Shown: piece by piece, positions 28,125 through 40,874 of the stretch | How the letters are laid out: every line of letters starts with the position of its first letter | How positions within the stretch are numbered: the stretch's first letter is position 1 | Assembly: GCA_951406725.2 (NCBI GenBank) | Contig: OX597817.1 | Span: forward strand, 129,952,001-130,016,000 | Reading direction: 5' to 3' | DNA length: 64,000 nucleotides | From: Octopus vulgaris | Taxonomy: Eukaryota | Made by a program: the position numbers and the translations under genes | Notes under the pieces: generated by a model | Told to the model about the DNA's origin: nothing | The model's input: the letters and a program-made list of their open reading frames with translations, nothing else | The model's database searches: none

Positions 28125-29068
28125 CTATAAATCTCAGCTGATCTATAAGCATCTTCTGGGTTACAAAAATCATATACCAATAACACACATCAGCTGGACT
28201 GCAAACATCATCTGAGCTATAATCCCCACATAGGCAATACATACAATGTTAACTATAAACAACATGTGGAATATAAGCACTAACTGGAATAGTAAAATAT
28301 TTTGATATAAACACTATCTGAACAATGTCATCTAGACTATAAACATCATTAAGAAACAGCTATTTTATGAACACCGTATTGTCAGTAAACATCATCTAGA
28401 ATATTATAAGCTTCTCAAATATGAACACAATCTGAGCTATAAACATCATCTACATATTAAACTGAAATATAAACATCATCTCGAATATAAACACCTACTG
28501 AAATATAAACACCGTCTAGATTATAAACACCAGCAGAATATAAACAACTTCTCGGATATAAACATCATCTGAACTGTAAGCATCATATAGGCTATAAACG
28601 TCAACTGAACAATAAACATCATTTGGAATATAAACAGCTCCTGAAATATAAGCACCATCTAACTTATAAGCATCAACCGGAATATAAACAGCTTGAATAT
28701 AAACACCATCTGAGCTATAAACATCATATGGACTATAAACGTCAACTGAACTATAAACATCATTTGGAATATAAACAGCACCTGAAATATAAACACCATC
28801 TAGATTATAAGCGCCAGCTGGTCTGTAAACATCAACTGGAATATAAACATTTGGACAATAAACAACGTCTGGATATATAAATAATCTGAATTTTAAACAC
28901 TGTCTAGACAATAAAATACCCATCGGGGATAGAAACATAATCTGAGCTATAAACTGTATCTGCACTGTGTTAACACAATCTGGACGATGAACACTGTCTG
29001 GGCTGTATAAACACCACCTGTAAACATTACCTAGACTATAAACACTATCTGGAATATAAGCACCATTC
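28125..29068 (+). repeat. Degenerate 18-bp minisatellite (tataaacatcatctggac)
   Basis: Dozens of units; 141-bp higher-order duplication (tcaactgaac at 28601 and 28742); array resumes at 29590-29720. Confidence 0.9.
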
Positions 29069-29565
29069 GGGGGGTGGCAGATCCCTAGTCTGGAACGCGA
29101 CGTGCAGCGACACGTTTTCCAGTTCCAACCTTGCAGCATCGGCTGAAAACCCGGATGTCGTCGCCCGTAAAGCAAAAGAGAGAAAAGTAAATATACAGAG
29201 GGGCCTCGCCAGCTGCTATTAGTTTGTGGTGGTCGCCGTTGGGACGTCAGGTATTCTCGGACTCTGCACTGCCGATTTCCTCCGCAAAACTAGGAAAAGA
29301 GCTGCCCGTCGGAGAAATGAGCCCCGCGAGGTGGGGGGAATCCTGCAGGTAATGTCGCTGGCCATTCTCCGCAGTGATGACCGCAGGTCGCGGTGGACCA
29401 CACCATTTGTTCAGGGGTGAGAGGCTCATTGACCCCTTCCCCGCCATCTTCTACTGATTAAGCCCCCTTTTTTCTTTCTCCTTTTTCTGTCTTTTTCTGT
29501 TTCTTTGCTTCTTTGCATTTAAATGTTATAATTAACAATGTCATCAGTTGGTTTAAAATAAGAGT
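29069..29565. mobile_element. GC-rich insertion interrupting the minisatellite, probably a rearranged non-LTR fragment
   Basis: Abrupt GC/CpG shift, pyrimidine-rich tail, minisatellite on both sides; family not recognised. Confidence 0.45.
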
Positions 29566-30261
29566 ATCGCTATATTTTGCAACCAGAACACATACATCAT
29601 CTTGACTATAAACACGAATTGGACTGTATCAACACACTTTGGGTTATTAACATCATCTCGACAGTAAGCGCCTGAAAACATCGAGTCTGCTATAAATACC
29701 AACTGGACTATAAACAGCAATATTAGAGAATAGCAACCAAATGTGGGAGAGTGTCAATTATATTCCAGAACAAGCACTTACAGTTGTTCTCAGTAACAAT
29801 TTCCCATCCCTTCCTCCGCTCCAATCTTATTTACATTGACCTCACAATTACTAAATGTTCTTATTGTTAAGTCGACCAACCTAATTATATACTCACGGCA
29901 ACCACCACCACCACCACCACCACCACCACCACCAATACTAATGTCACTATTACTACAACTACTATAGTTGTCATCCTCTTTTTCCACCTCCTCACACGCC
30001 ACTTTTTCCTCTACATCAGAAATTTGTTGTCGATGTAGGTCGTAGAGCTATCGGGAAATAGCAAATATGTCATCCTTCGACATGAAAGAAATAACAGCAG
30101 AATGTTCATCAAATCACATCCTGCCGTTTGTAACAAGCGATGTCACTGGAAGAAAATTTAGCATTCGACATATTGGGTCTAACAGAAGAAATTAAGTGTT
30201 GTCAAAGCTGGAAAACGATCGATCATGTTTGATCAGTAATAACTCGTGTCTAAACATCACA

Positions 30262-30273
30262 ATCATCATCATT

Positions 30274-30327
<54 letters not shown>

Positions 30328-30392
30328 TTCTTCTTCTTCTTCTTCTTCTTCTTCTTCTTCTTCTTCTTCTTCTTCTTCTTCTTCTTCTTCTT
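30262..30392 (+). repeat. (ATC)n(TTC)n compound microsatellite
   Basis: Direct reading. Confidence 0.95.
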
Positions 30393-30506
30393 TTATCCCC
30401 ATCTTCATCATCATCTCCACCATCACTACAAACTCTACAGTTACCACCGCCACCACTGCCAATGTATATATATATATATCAATATATATATAAATACATA
30501 CATACA

Positions 30507-30556
<50 letters not shown>

Positions 30557-30559
<3 letters not shown>

Positions 30560-30630
30560 GGTTGGACAAAATAATGGAAACCTTAAAATTTCAATAAAAT
30601 TTATATTAATATAAGTAGGACGACTTTTGG
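30557..30630 (+). mobile_element. Tc1-like terminal fragment
   Basis: TA|CAGGGTTGGACAAAATAATGGAAAC; no partner TIR seen. Confidence 0.55.
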
Positions 30631-30783
30631 CATACGTATATTTATATTGCTATATTACTGTTTTTGTTATGTCAAGTTATAATAAAGGCAATTTCTACAT
30701 TAAACAGATTACATTAAAACAGTTACTCAATAATTTTTGTTGAGTACATACTTATTCTTTTACAAGAAAAGTGTTGACAGTTA

Positions 30784-30820
30784 CTTCGACGTTTCGGCAT
30801 GATTAGCCTTCATCAGATTT
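30784..30820 (-). ncRNA. Minimal hammerhead motif
   Basis: Minus strand: CTGATGA-a-ggc(taatcat)gcc-GAAA-C-GTC; stem I pairs poorly. Confidence 0.55.
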
Positions 30821-31951
30821 ACATACATACAAATATACTTATATACTTATATGTGTGAACGCCTGTGTAACACACATACGTTGTGGTTGGCAAGACCGGA
30901 GATATTATTCTCGATTAACATCAAAATGTTAGCCATTTATTACATTTTCATAATGAAGTTAAAATACTTTACTTTTTATACTATATAATTAAAATTCACA
31001 GAATTGGAAAGCGTAGGCACTGCAAGCACTGCGTCCAATACCTACGTATGCGTTACATCACTAAGCATGCGTTACATCACTATGTGTGAATACATATATA
31101 TATATATATATACCCACAAATATGTGTGTGTGTGTTTGTGTGTGGGTGCGTGCATGCGCGTGTGTGTGTGTGTGTAAAAACAACACTATTAAAGTTTTAT
31201 CGCGATAATCAGATGCGGCTTGTAAAAAGGACAAGCTGAAAATTAAGTCAATGAAGATGATGATGATGATGATATTACGACGACGATGACTACGAAACGG
31301 TGACGATGGCGGTGATGACGAGGAGGAGGATAAAGGAGAAGAAAGATGAAGGGAAGGTAGAAGAAAGGAGGACTGCAACGAATGATAAGATTAATCATGC
31401 TTGATAGTGATATTTAATTAGATATGAAACCTCGTAAGTCAATGAGCTGCAGCAACAAACGTAACTACACCTTTGACATCATCATCATCATCATCACCTC
31501 CATCATCATTATAACCATAACCAGCAACAAAACAATAACTCCAACAACACCAACGATTGCCTCGTAAGTTTTCTTCTTAATGCCGCCATTTAATTACGTC
31601 TTACCAGTTTCATTGACATGCATTATAGTATCTTACGACGATGACAGCAGCGACTTTTATGATAGAATCGCCCGGTCAGTCTTATGCGTATGCTTGGAGA
31701 ATGGAACCTATTAATGGCGACTATTCTTTTCACTGGAAAAGTGAAGGAGAGGGCTCTCTGTACATATACATGTGCGCATATGTATACATACATATATACA
31801 CACTTATACATACATACATACATACATACATACATACATACATACATACATACATACATACATAGGTAGGTAGGTAGATAGATAGATATAGATATAGGTA
31901 TAGATATATATACATACGCAGATATATACACATACATACATGCATACATAT

Positions 31952-32002
<51 letters not shown>

Positions 32003-32289
32003 CATGCATGTTCACGCGCATCCGTAAATATACTCATACACGCATATGTGTGCGCATACATATACACATGTACACACTCACTCATATATGTTTGCGTATA
32101 CATATGCACGTACATATACATATACACACACATATATATGCATACATATACCCACATACATATACATACACAAATATGCATGCACACACATTTATACGCA
32201 CACACACACGTATTCGCTTGCATGTCCATATATGTAGTATTAAATGATTGAGATCTTTAAAGTAAGATAGAGGAGTTTAAAAAGTCAAG

Positions 32290-33480
32290 TTTAAAAATTA
32301 AGTTAAGTAGAGTTGTTGGGGGTTACCTAAGGGGTGTTGTGGATATATGCTGTGTGGTTATTTAGGTTGCATTTAGATTTGTGGTAAAATTTGAAGGCAT
32401 GAAAAAACACAGTGGTTGCATGTACTTAGGGCCTCATTATATCTATTTAGTAGTGTCAAGTTGCGTTTTAATATGTGGAATACCTCTTTTAGGCATAACT
32501 TACAGGCTAAGCGTTGACCTTGGTATGGAAGCCCTGGGACAATTGAGGAAGATAGTCTTTTTAAATTATTGGTAATGGAACCGCGTATCTGATAAAACAT
32601 GTAAATGTTAATACTTGGGGGTTTATTATCTTTTAAACGGTTTTAATTAGCTTTAAACATAGCAAGGTTTTATAATAAAAGTTAATTACAAATACTTTTA
32701 TTAGTTCTTATTTAATAAAATTTAATGTTTCTATTAGTTACTGGTAATTTAATATTTAAGCTTGTAGTGGTGATATATTAACGAGTATGCAGTGTTTCAT
32801 TATTAACTTTTGAAAGATAAAACAATGTATTTCACTCATAATTATTATATTATTAGTTAAATTAAATTCAATCGTGTTTGTTTTGTTTTGGAGAGATTCA
32901 TATATAGCTTTAACTTTTTTATTATAGTAGTAACTATGGAAGACTAGTGGGATTATTATTTGTAAGATTGGTCACGAGTAAGCATATAATCTAGTTATTG
33001 CAGGTTTACTATTAATACCCGATGCAATGTACATTGGTTTGTGTGTTTCTTTGTTGTAGTTTTATTAAAGTTAGTGTTTAATCCTGCCTATAGTTTGATT
33101 GATTGAATGAATGTGGTTATTAAGCTTTCACTTTTATATTATACTATGGAAAACGGTAGGGAATATAATTTTTGTATGACTTAATGGATTGGTCACTGTT
33201 TCGTTACGTGTTTAGGGGCTGGTTGTAATTTAGTTATTGAATTTATTTACTGGTACGCTTGTGCGTAGGGTAAATGTGTTTGAAAGTTGTGGTTTGTTTC
33301 TTTGATATGTTTGTTCCCAAACAACACTTATTCTAGTGCTGTTGACACCGCCGGATTGAATGCCTAGGTGTCGAACCCATAATGATATCCGTGAGGCAGC
33401 TAATGATGGAGGTATGTTGGATTGTTGGTATGGTTGTTATTGTATATGTGGAATAGTATTATAGTATTATAACACATCCT
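32290..33480 (-). mobile_element. Degenerate Penelope-like element, GIY-YIG end
   Basis: ORF 32373-32600 LPYQGQRLACKLCLKEVFHILKRNLTLLNRYNEALSTCNH matches the PY..CxLCLxE..LLNxxxE..SxCxH C-terminus of PLEs. Confidence 0.7.
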
Positions 33481-33702
33481 TTTGACATATGTGTGTGTGC
33501 GTGTGTGTGTTTGTATGTGTGTGTCTGCGTTTCTGCGTATATGTATGTTGTTTTTGTGGGTAACTTGATAATTGCTTTTAGCTCAACAGCAGGTGATGAG
33601 GTGAATAGTCATTAAAATATCTTGTATTAAATATTCCATATTTTTCTTTATGTGGTATATTTGAAATCTGTGTAGGCCTATTTGTTAAATTACACAGACA
33701 TA

Positions 33703-34130
33703 GGCGCAGGAGTGGCTGTGTAGTAAGTAGCTTGCTTACCAACCACATGGTTCCGGGTTCAGTCCCACTGCGTGGCATCTTGGGCAAGTGTCTTCTGCTA
33801 TAGCCCCGGGCCGACCAATGCCTTGTGAGTGGATTTGGTAGACGGAAACTGAAAGAAGCCTGTCGTATATATGTATGTATATATATATATATATATATGT
33901 GTGTGTATGTGTTTGTGTGTCTGTGTTTGTCCCCCTAGCATTGCTTGACAACCAATACTGGTGTGTTTACGTCTCCGTCACTTAGCGGTTCGGCAAAAGA
34001 GACCGATAGAATAAGTACTGGGCTTACAAAGAATAAGTCCCGGGGTCGATTTGCTCGACTAAAGTCGGTGCTCCAGCATGGCCGCAGTCAAATGACTGAA
34101 ACATGTAAAAGAGTAAAAGAGTAAAGAGTA
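33703..34130 (+). mobile_element. SINE family A, best-preserved copy
   Basis: A/B-box head (gtggctgtgtagtaag...gggttcagtccc), central core, internal (TA)(TG) tract, (aaaagagt)n tail; at least 7 copies in the window. Confidence 0.93.
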
Positions 34131-34319
34131 TAACGTCATAGCACCGACTACTTATTGAGCCATTGTGCTCCCACTTTGATTACCTATCTCGCTGAAATTA
34201 CCTAGATATGTACTACCCGGATTCATTGCAATATATCTATCTTTATATCAGATCACACTTTTTACTGCTTTTTTCACAATCAACATATCCAATTATGACG
34301 CTGTTTTTCTCCTTTCTCC

Positions 34320-34621
<302 letters not shown>

Positions 34622-35289
34622 ATTATCTTCTATTCTCACTACAAACACTTCCATATCTTCTTCGCCCGCTTGCTCTCCCCCTCTCTCGCTGTCTCTTCCC
34701 TTTCTCTCTCTCCTCTCTCTCTCAGTCTTCGTATCTCTTTCTCTTTTCCCCTCTCCCCTCTCTCTCTTTATCTCTACTTACGCAATTATTATATCTGCAG
34801 TTAATTACCAGAAAAGCCTTACAACTTCCGTTCAATTATAACATGGTAGCTGCAATGTCACTTAATTAAATCTCATTATGTTTTCCCACCCAACCGATCC
34901 ATACATGCTGGAAATGATCCAAACATTGGATCGCAATCACAATCTGAATATTGCCAGTGTTTTAACTCTTCAACACTAGACGTCAACATCATCAACATCA
35001 TCATCACTCCCATCACCTACACCACCAACACCATCAATATCACCACCACCACCATCCCCATCACCACGACTACGACCATGACCATGACCACCACCAATAC
35101 CACCACCACCACCACCACCAACACCACCAACACCAATAACAAAAACAATGACGACAGCAACAACAAACAACACCGAAAGACATTAAATTCACCCCGACCG
35201 CCACCGGTATTGCCACCTCCATGATGAATACCAGCAATAGCACCATCATTACCGCAATCGCCAATAGCACCATTATTTTGTCATCAACG

Positions 35290-35401
<112 letters not shown>

Positions 35402-35781
35402 AGAGCATTACCCCACTACTAAGACCATCACTGCTGACATAACCACAGCCTCAATAACCAGCCATTACTGCCATTACATTCATCCCTAATACATTCGACA
35501 CCACCATCAATTCTTTCACCGTCGCCACCTTCAAAACCTCTACCAACGCCGTCCCAATACCACCACCAATGGCTCTATCATGCACTCCATCCTCAGCACT
35601 ATCCCTGGTACCACTGCTAACTACCACTACTCGCAATACCACCACAAACACCATCATCACCGCGACGCTCTATACTGCCTCCAACACCATCATTTCAGCC
35701 ATCAGCCTCACCCTGAATATCTGTAGGCTATATTGGTTATCAATATTAGTTTTCTAGTACCAGTCATAAACCTGGAATTAC

Positions 35782-35906
<125 letters not shown>

Positions 35907-37956
35907 TATCAGTAGGAGTGAATGATGGGGTAGTTAGGGGAGGAGTTCAAATTTTATAGAGATAGGTTTTTCGATGGGGTAGGTCGTGATTATGTTGATA
36001 ATAGAAAATAACACATATAAATTAAAAATATACAATGGAAAATTTGTTTTACTTAATTCTATTTTAAAGTAATTAATGCTTTTCTTTCAAAAATTGGTAT
36101 TCGTTTCATCATCTTGAACAAGCATCAATAAAGTTGATAAAATATATATTACACTTATTGTAATTATGCAATATTTCCTGATAGTACCTATAGTGGCAAA
36201 AGTATACTTTCCAAGTTACCTGTCACAAGACGGATAACTGTGTGTGATATGCAGGATAAGGTTTTACGTATTTTCTGTCCATCCAAGGTATGGGAGAACT
36301 TGGTGCTCATAGAAAATAATATTTGCTCACGAGAACATACCACAGGATCCACGTCTTAATTAGTTAGCCATGCTACACAAAGCTATAAAATTTTGGCGAT
36401 TATGCATGTAAGTATGTGTAAGAAGGGCATCTGCACATTTTTCATCAACACAATTTCACTCTCAAATTATAGACCAAATCTAAAAACAACTGCGCACTGA
36501 TGATCGAACTCGGGACCATGTTTTTCGAAGCAAAAAGATTATTAACCACGCAGCTAGGGTTACAACTATATGTATATCGTATTTCGCGTCTTTTTAGAGA
36601 CTAAAGTTTTATTGCATTGTTGTGTGCAGTCGGTCAATAAAGACAACGGAACAAACATTGAACTACTCGATATATATGAGTATTCACACTGTTGTTCAAA
36701 GGGAAAAGAAGAGAAAAAGGAGGAGGAAGAGGAGGAGGTGGAAGAATGGGAAAGAGACAAGCGAGATACGGAAGTAGGTGGAAGTGAAGAGTTTTAAAAA
36801 GAAAAAAAAAGATGCAAAACCAAACTGAAGCAAACTGTTAAAATTCAATGAACTTATTAAAACTTTGTAAGAGAGGAAATTGAAATTCTTTGATTACGTC
36901 GAAATGCTGATACGGCCATATTAAGACAAAGAACAGAGAAAACTCATCGGGAGAAGGAAGAGGAATTGAAAAGAAACACACGAATACAAGGACAGCAACG
37001 TGAAGAATTGTGCTGGGTTGTTAATGATTAACTAAACAAGCTGTATATAGATAGTAATGTGTGTGTAGCGGGGTGAAAGGCAAACATCCCAAGTTAGTGT
37101 TTGGTATAAAGATTTGCCTGAATTAAACAGCAGTGCGTAGCAATTTAATTGATCGAGTTGATGTGGTCTGGGTTTCGTATCTCTAGTATAGACTCACCTA
37201 ATTCTCAAATAACCCAGTCCACCTTGCTTTTGTGGAGTTCATCTTTTCCGGGCTGATGGCATTGACCTTTTCCCCTCCCCCAAAATTGGGTCTGAATAAG
37301 GAACCGCTGTTGTTTAACTCCAACTCAACTCTGATTGATGAAAACCTATGATCAAAACATTCCGGCCGTGACCAGCCGTTTTCACTGCATACATTATTAA
37401 ATGTGATGTGTGAGTGTATGTGTGTGAGAGAGATAGAGAGAGTGAGGGAGAGAGAGATGAAGAAGGAGAAGAGCGCAAGAGGATATTGATGTTGTTTCTG
37501 TTTAAGCCCATGTCAGTCTAAATGGAGAGGGCATACGAGGAAAGATATCCTGACCGTGGTTATCTTGTCTCTTTTGTTATCCATATGGCCTTACTTTTTC
37601 TAAGGTGACAGGATAAGACTTGTTCGAAATTTAGGTGCTATTTTTAGCATATGGAACAAACACATACAAAGCTGTGAACTTTAATTCCTCTTCTATAGTC
37701 ATTACGTAAAATAACTTCATGTGATACAGTGAAGTCGTCAACTCGGTCTAAATATAAGGAATACACACATACACGCGTGTACACTCATTTACACTTACAC
37801 ATACGCAGCGCACTCACTTGCGCGCCCGCCCTCACCCCTCTCTTACATATAAAATAATTCTCAAAAATTCCCCTTAATTATATTAGCTACAAGCTCTTCC
37901 ATTATGGGTGTGCATGTGTGTGTGTATGCATGAACATGTATCTGTCTGTCTGTCCG

Positions 37957-38020
<64 letters not shown>

Positions 38021-38055
38021 TCATCTATCTTTCCATCTATCTATCTTTCTATCTA

Positions 38056-38090
<35 letters not shown>

Positions 38091-38129
38091 GTCTATCTAT
38101 CTATCTAACTATCTATCTATCATAACTAA

Positions 38130-38445
38130 CTGGCACTCCGTCGGCTACGACGACGACGACGAGTATTACAATTGATCCGATCAACGGAACAAACTTCTCG
38201 TGGAATTAACTTGCAAGTGGCTGAGCACTCCACAGACACGTGTACCCCTAATGTAGTTCTCAGGGAAATTCAGCGCGACACAGAATGTGATATTAATGGC
38301 CCTTTCAAATACAGGTTCTACTCATTTTTGCCAGCTGAGTCGACTGAAACAATGTGAAATAAAGTGTCTGGCATAAAGGTACAACGCGCCACCAGGTATC
38401 GAACACACGATCTTACGATCGTGAGCAGAATACCCTAACTACTTA
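38130..38445 (-). mobile_element. tRNA-derived SINE, family C head with tail type 1
   Basis: Minus head ...ctcacgatcgtaagatcgtgtgttcgatacc; core shared with 59141; tail shared with 13548. Confidence 0.8.
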
Positions 38446-38685
38446 CAGGACTCACAGGGCCAGTTACCCACTTTCCTTAGTGTATACGTAAGCGAGATCA
38501 CGTTTTCCCCTGAAAAGGGCGCCATTACGTCATTGGGTTACTTGTTAACAATCTAATAGACTGGAGCAACGTGAAATGACGTATTCTGTTCAACACAGCA
38601 CACTGCCCAGGCCAGGCCAGGAATCGAACCATGATCTTGTGATCGTGAGAGCAGCACCCAAACCCTCACGCCATGCACCTTCACA
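38446..38685 (-). mobile_element. tRNA-derived SINE, family C head with tail type 2
   Basis: Minus head gtgaaggtgcatggc...ggttcgattcc. Confidence 0.75.
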
Positions 38686-38805
38686 TACAAACACATACAC
38701 ACGCACACACACGCACACACACACACTCACATATACACACACATAGATCTGCATGGGTCTTTTCTGCAAGTTTTTCTACAAGAATTGCCTATTCACACAC
38801 CACTA

Positions 38806-40874
38806 TTCATCAAAATGTTTGAAAAGTTTTTTAAAAATTTTCATCAAAATATTGGAAAGTTTTTGAAAGGTTTTTTGAAAATTTTCATCAAAATTTTTGG
38901 AGAGTTTTATGAAAATTTTCATCAAAATATTTGAAAAAGTTTTTGAAAATTTTCATCAAACTTTTTGAAAAGTTTTTTCAAAATTTTCAACAAAATTTTT
39001 GAAAAATTTTTGAAAATTTTTCTCGAAATTTTCATCAAAAAGTTTTAGAAGATTTTTAGAAAATTTTCATCAAAATGTTTGAAAAGTTTTTTGAAAATTT
39101 TCATCAAAATATTGGAAAATTTTAAAAAATTTTCATCAAAATTTTTGAAAAGATTTTTGAAAATATCCATCAAAATTCTTGAAAAGTTTTTTGAAGATTT
39201 ACATCAAAATGTTAGAAAAGTGTTTTGAAAATTTCCATCAAAATATTTGAAAATTTCCATCAAAGTTTTTGAAAATTTTTCTGAAAATTTTAATCGAAAC
39301 TTTTGAAAAGGATTTTGAAAATTTTCATCAAAATTTTTGAAAAGTTTTCTGATAATCTTCATGAAAATTTTTGAAAACTTTGTCGAAAATTTTCATGAAA
39401 ATATTTTAAAAGTTTTCTGAAAATTATAGAAATATTTTCAAAAATGTTGATAAAAATTTTTTAAAAAGTTTACAAAAATTTGGATGAAAATTTTTGGAAA
39501 TTTTCATCAAATTTTAATCGAAACTATGAAAAGTTTTCTGAAAATTTTCATGAAAATTTTTGAAAATGTTCTCTCAAAATTTTCATCAAAATTTTGGAAA
39601 GTTTTATGAAAATTTTCATGAAAATTTTCGAAAACCTTTTCAAAAATATTGATGAAAATTTCCAAAAAATTTTCATCAATATTTTTGAATAGCTTTTGGA
39701 AAATTTTCATCAAAATTTTCGAAAAGATTTTTGAAAATTTTCATCAAAATTTTTGGAAATTCTTCTGAATATTTTCAGAATAATTTTCAAAAATTTCCAA
39801 AATTTTGATTAAAGGTTAGAGAAAAATTTCCAAAAATTTTCATGAAAATTTTCAAAAAATTTTATGAACTTTTCCAGAAACTTTTCAAAAATTGAAATGG
39901 AAATTTTCAAAAATACTTTCTAAAATTTTGATGGAAATTTTCGAAAAATTTTTTTAAATATTGATGAAAATTTTCAAAAATCCTTCCAAAATTTTGATAA
40001 ATACTTCAGAAAAATTTTAAATATTTTAAAATATTTCCAAAATTCTCATGAAAGTTTTCAGAAAAATTTCCAAAGACTTTTATGAAAATTTTCAAAAAAC
40101 TTTCCAAAATCTTCAATAAATTCTCAAAAATTTAGATAAAAATTTTCAGAAAAATTTTCAAAAATTTTGATGAAAATTTTCAAAAAACTTTCAAAAATCT
40201 TCATGAAAATTTTCAAAAAACTTTTCAAAAATTCTGATGGAAATTTTTTAAAATCCTTTCAAAAATTTTTATGATAATTTTCAAAAAACTTTCCAAAATT
40301 TTAATAAAAACTTTCAAAACACATTTCAAAAATTTTGATTAAAATTTTTATAAACATTTTAAAAAATTTTGATGAAAATTTTCAGAAGACGTTTTAAAAC
40401 TTTTTATGAAAATTTTAAAACCTTCCAAAATTTTGATGAAAATTTTCAAAAATCTTTTCAAAAATTTTGATGGAATTTTTCAAAAAAAAACTGTTCAATA
40501 ATTTTGATGAAAATATTCCAAAAACTTTCCAAATTTTTTATGAAAATTTCCAGAAAAATTTTCAAAACTCTTCATTAAAATTTTCAAAACTCTTCATTAA
40601 AATTTTCAAAAACAAACTTTCCAAAATTTTGATGGAAAATTATCAGAAAAACTTTCAAAAATCTTCCTGAAAATTTTCAAAAAGCATTTTTTGGGAAAAT
40701 TTTCAAAGAATTTTTGAAAAATTTTGGGGGAAAACTTTCAAAAGATTTTTCAAAAATCTTGAGGAAAATTTTCAAAAATCTTTTCAAAAATTTTGATGAA
40801 AATTTTCAAAAATTTTCTTCAAAAATTTTTTTAAAATTTTTGAAAATTCTCCCCAAAAATTTTCCACAAAATTT
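38806..40874. repeat. 2-kb quasi-palindromic A/T-tract satellite (about 11-bp subunits, about 33-bp unit) with orientation switches
   Basis: gaaaattttcatcaaaatttttgaaaagtttttt units at left; reverse-complement units (aaaattttgatgaaaattttc) from about 39800; catg hybrid units in between. Confidence 0.93.

Noticed and set aside
28125-29068. CRISPR-like appearance of the 18-bp array
   Set aside because: Contiguous degenerate units with no unique spacers, no cas genes, eukaryotic context.
33703-33780. tRNA gene
   Set aside because: A/B boxes continue into a multi-copy SINE body; no full cloverleaf or terminator.
36830-37030. Possible RTE C-terminal remnant (ERKLKFF)
   Set aside because: Too degenerate to support without alignment.
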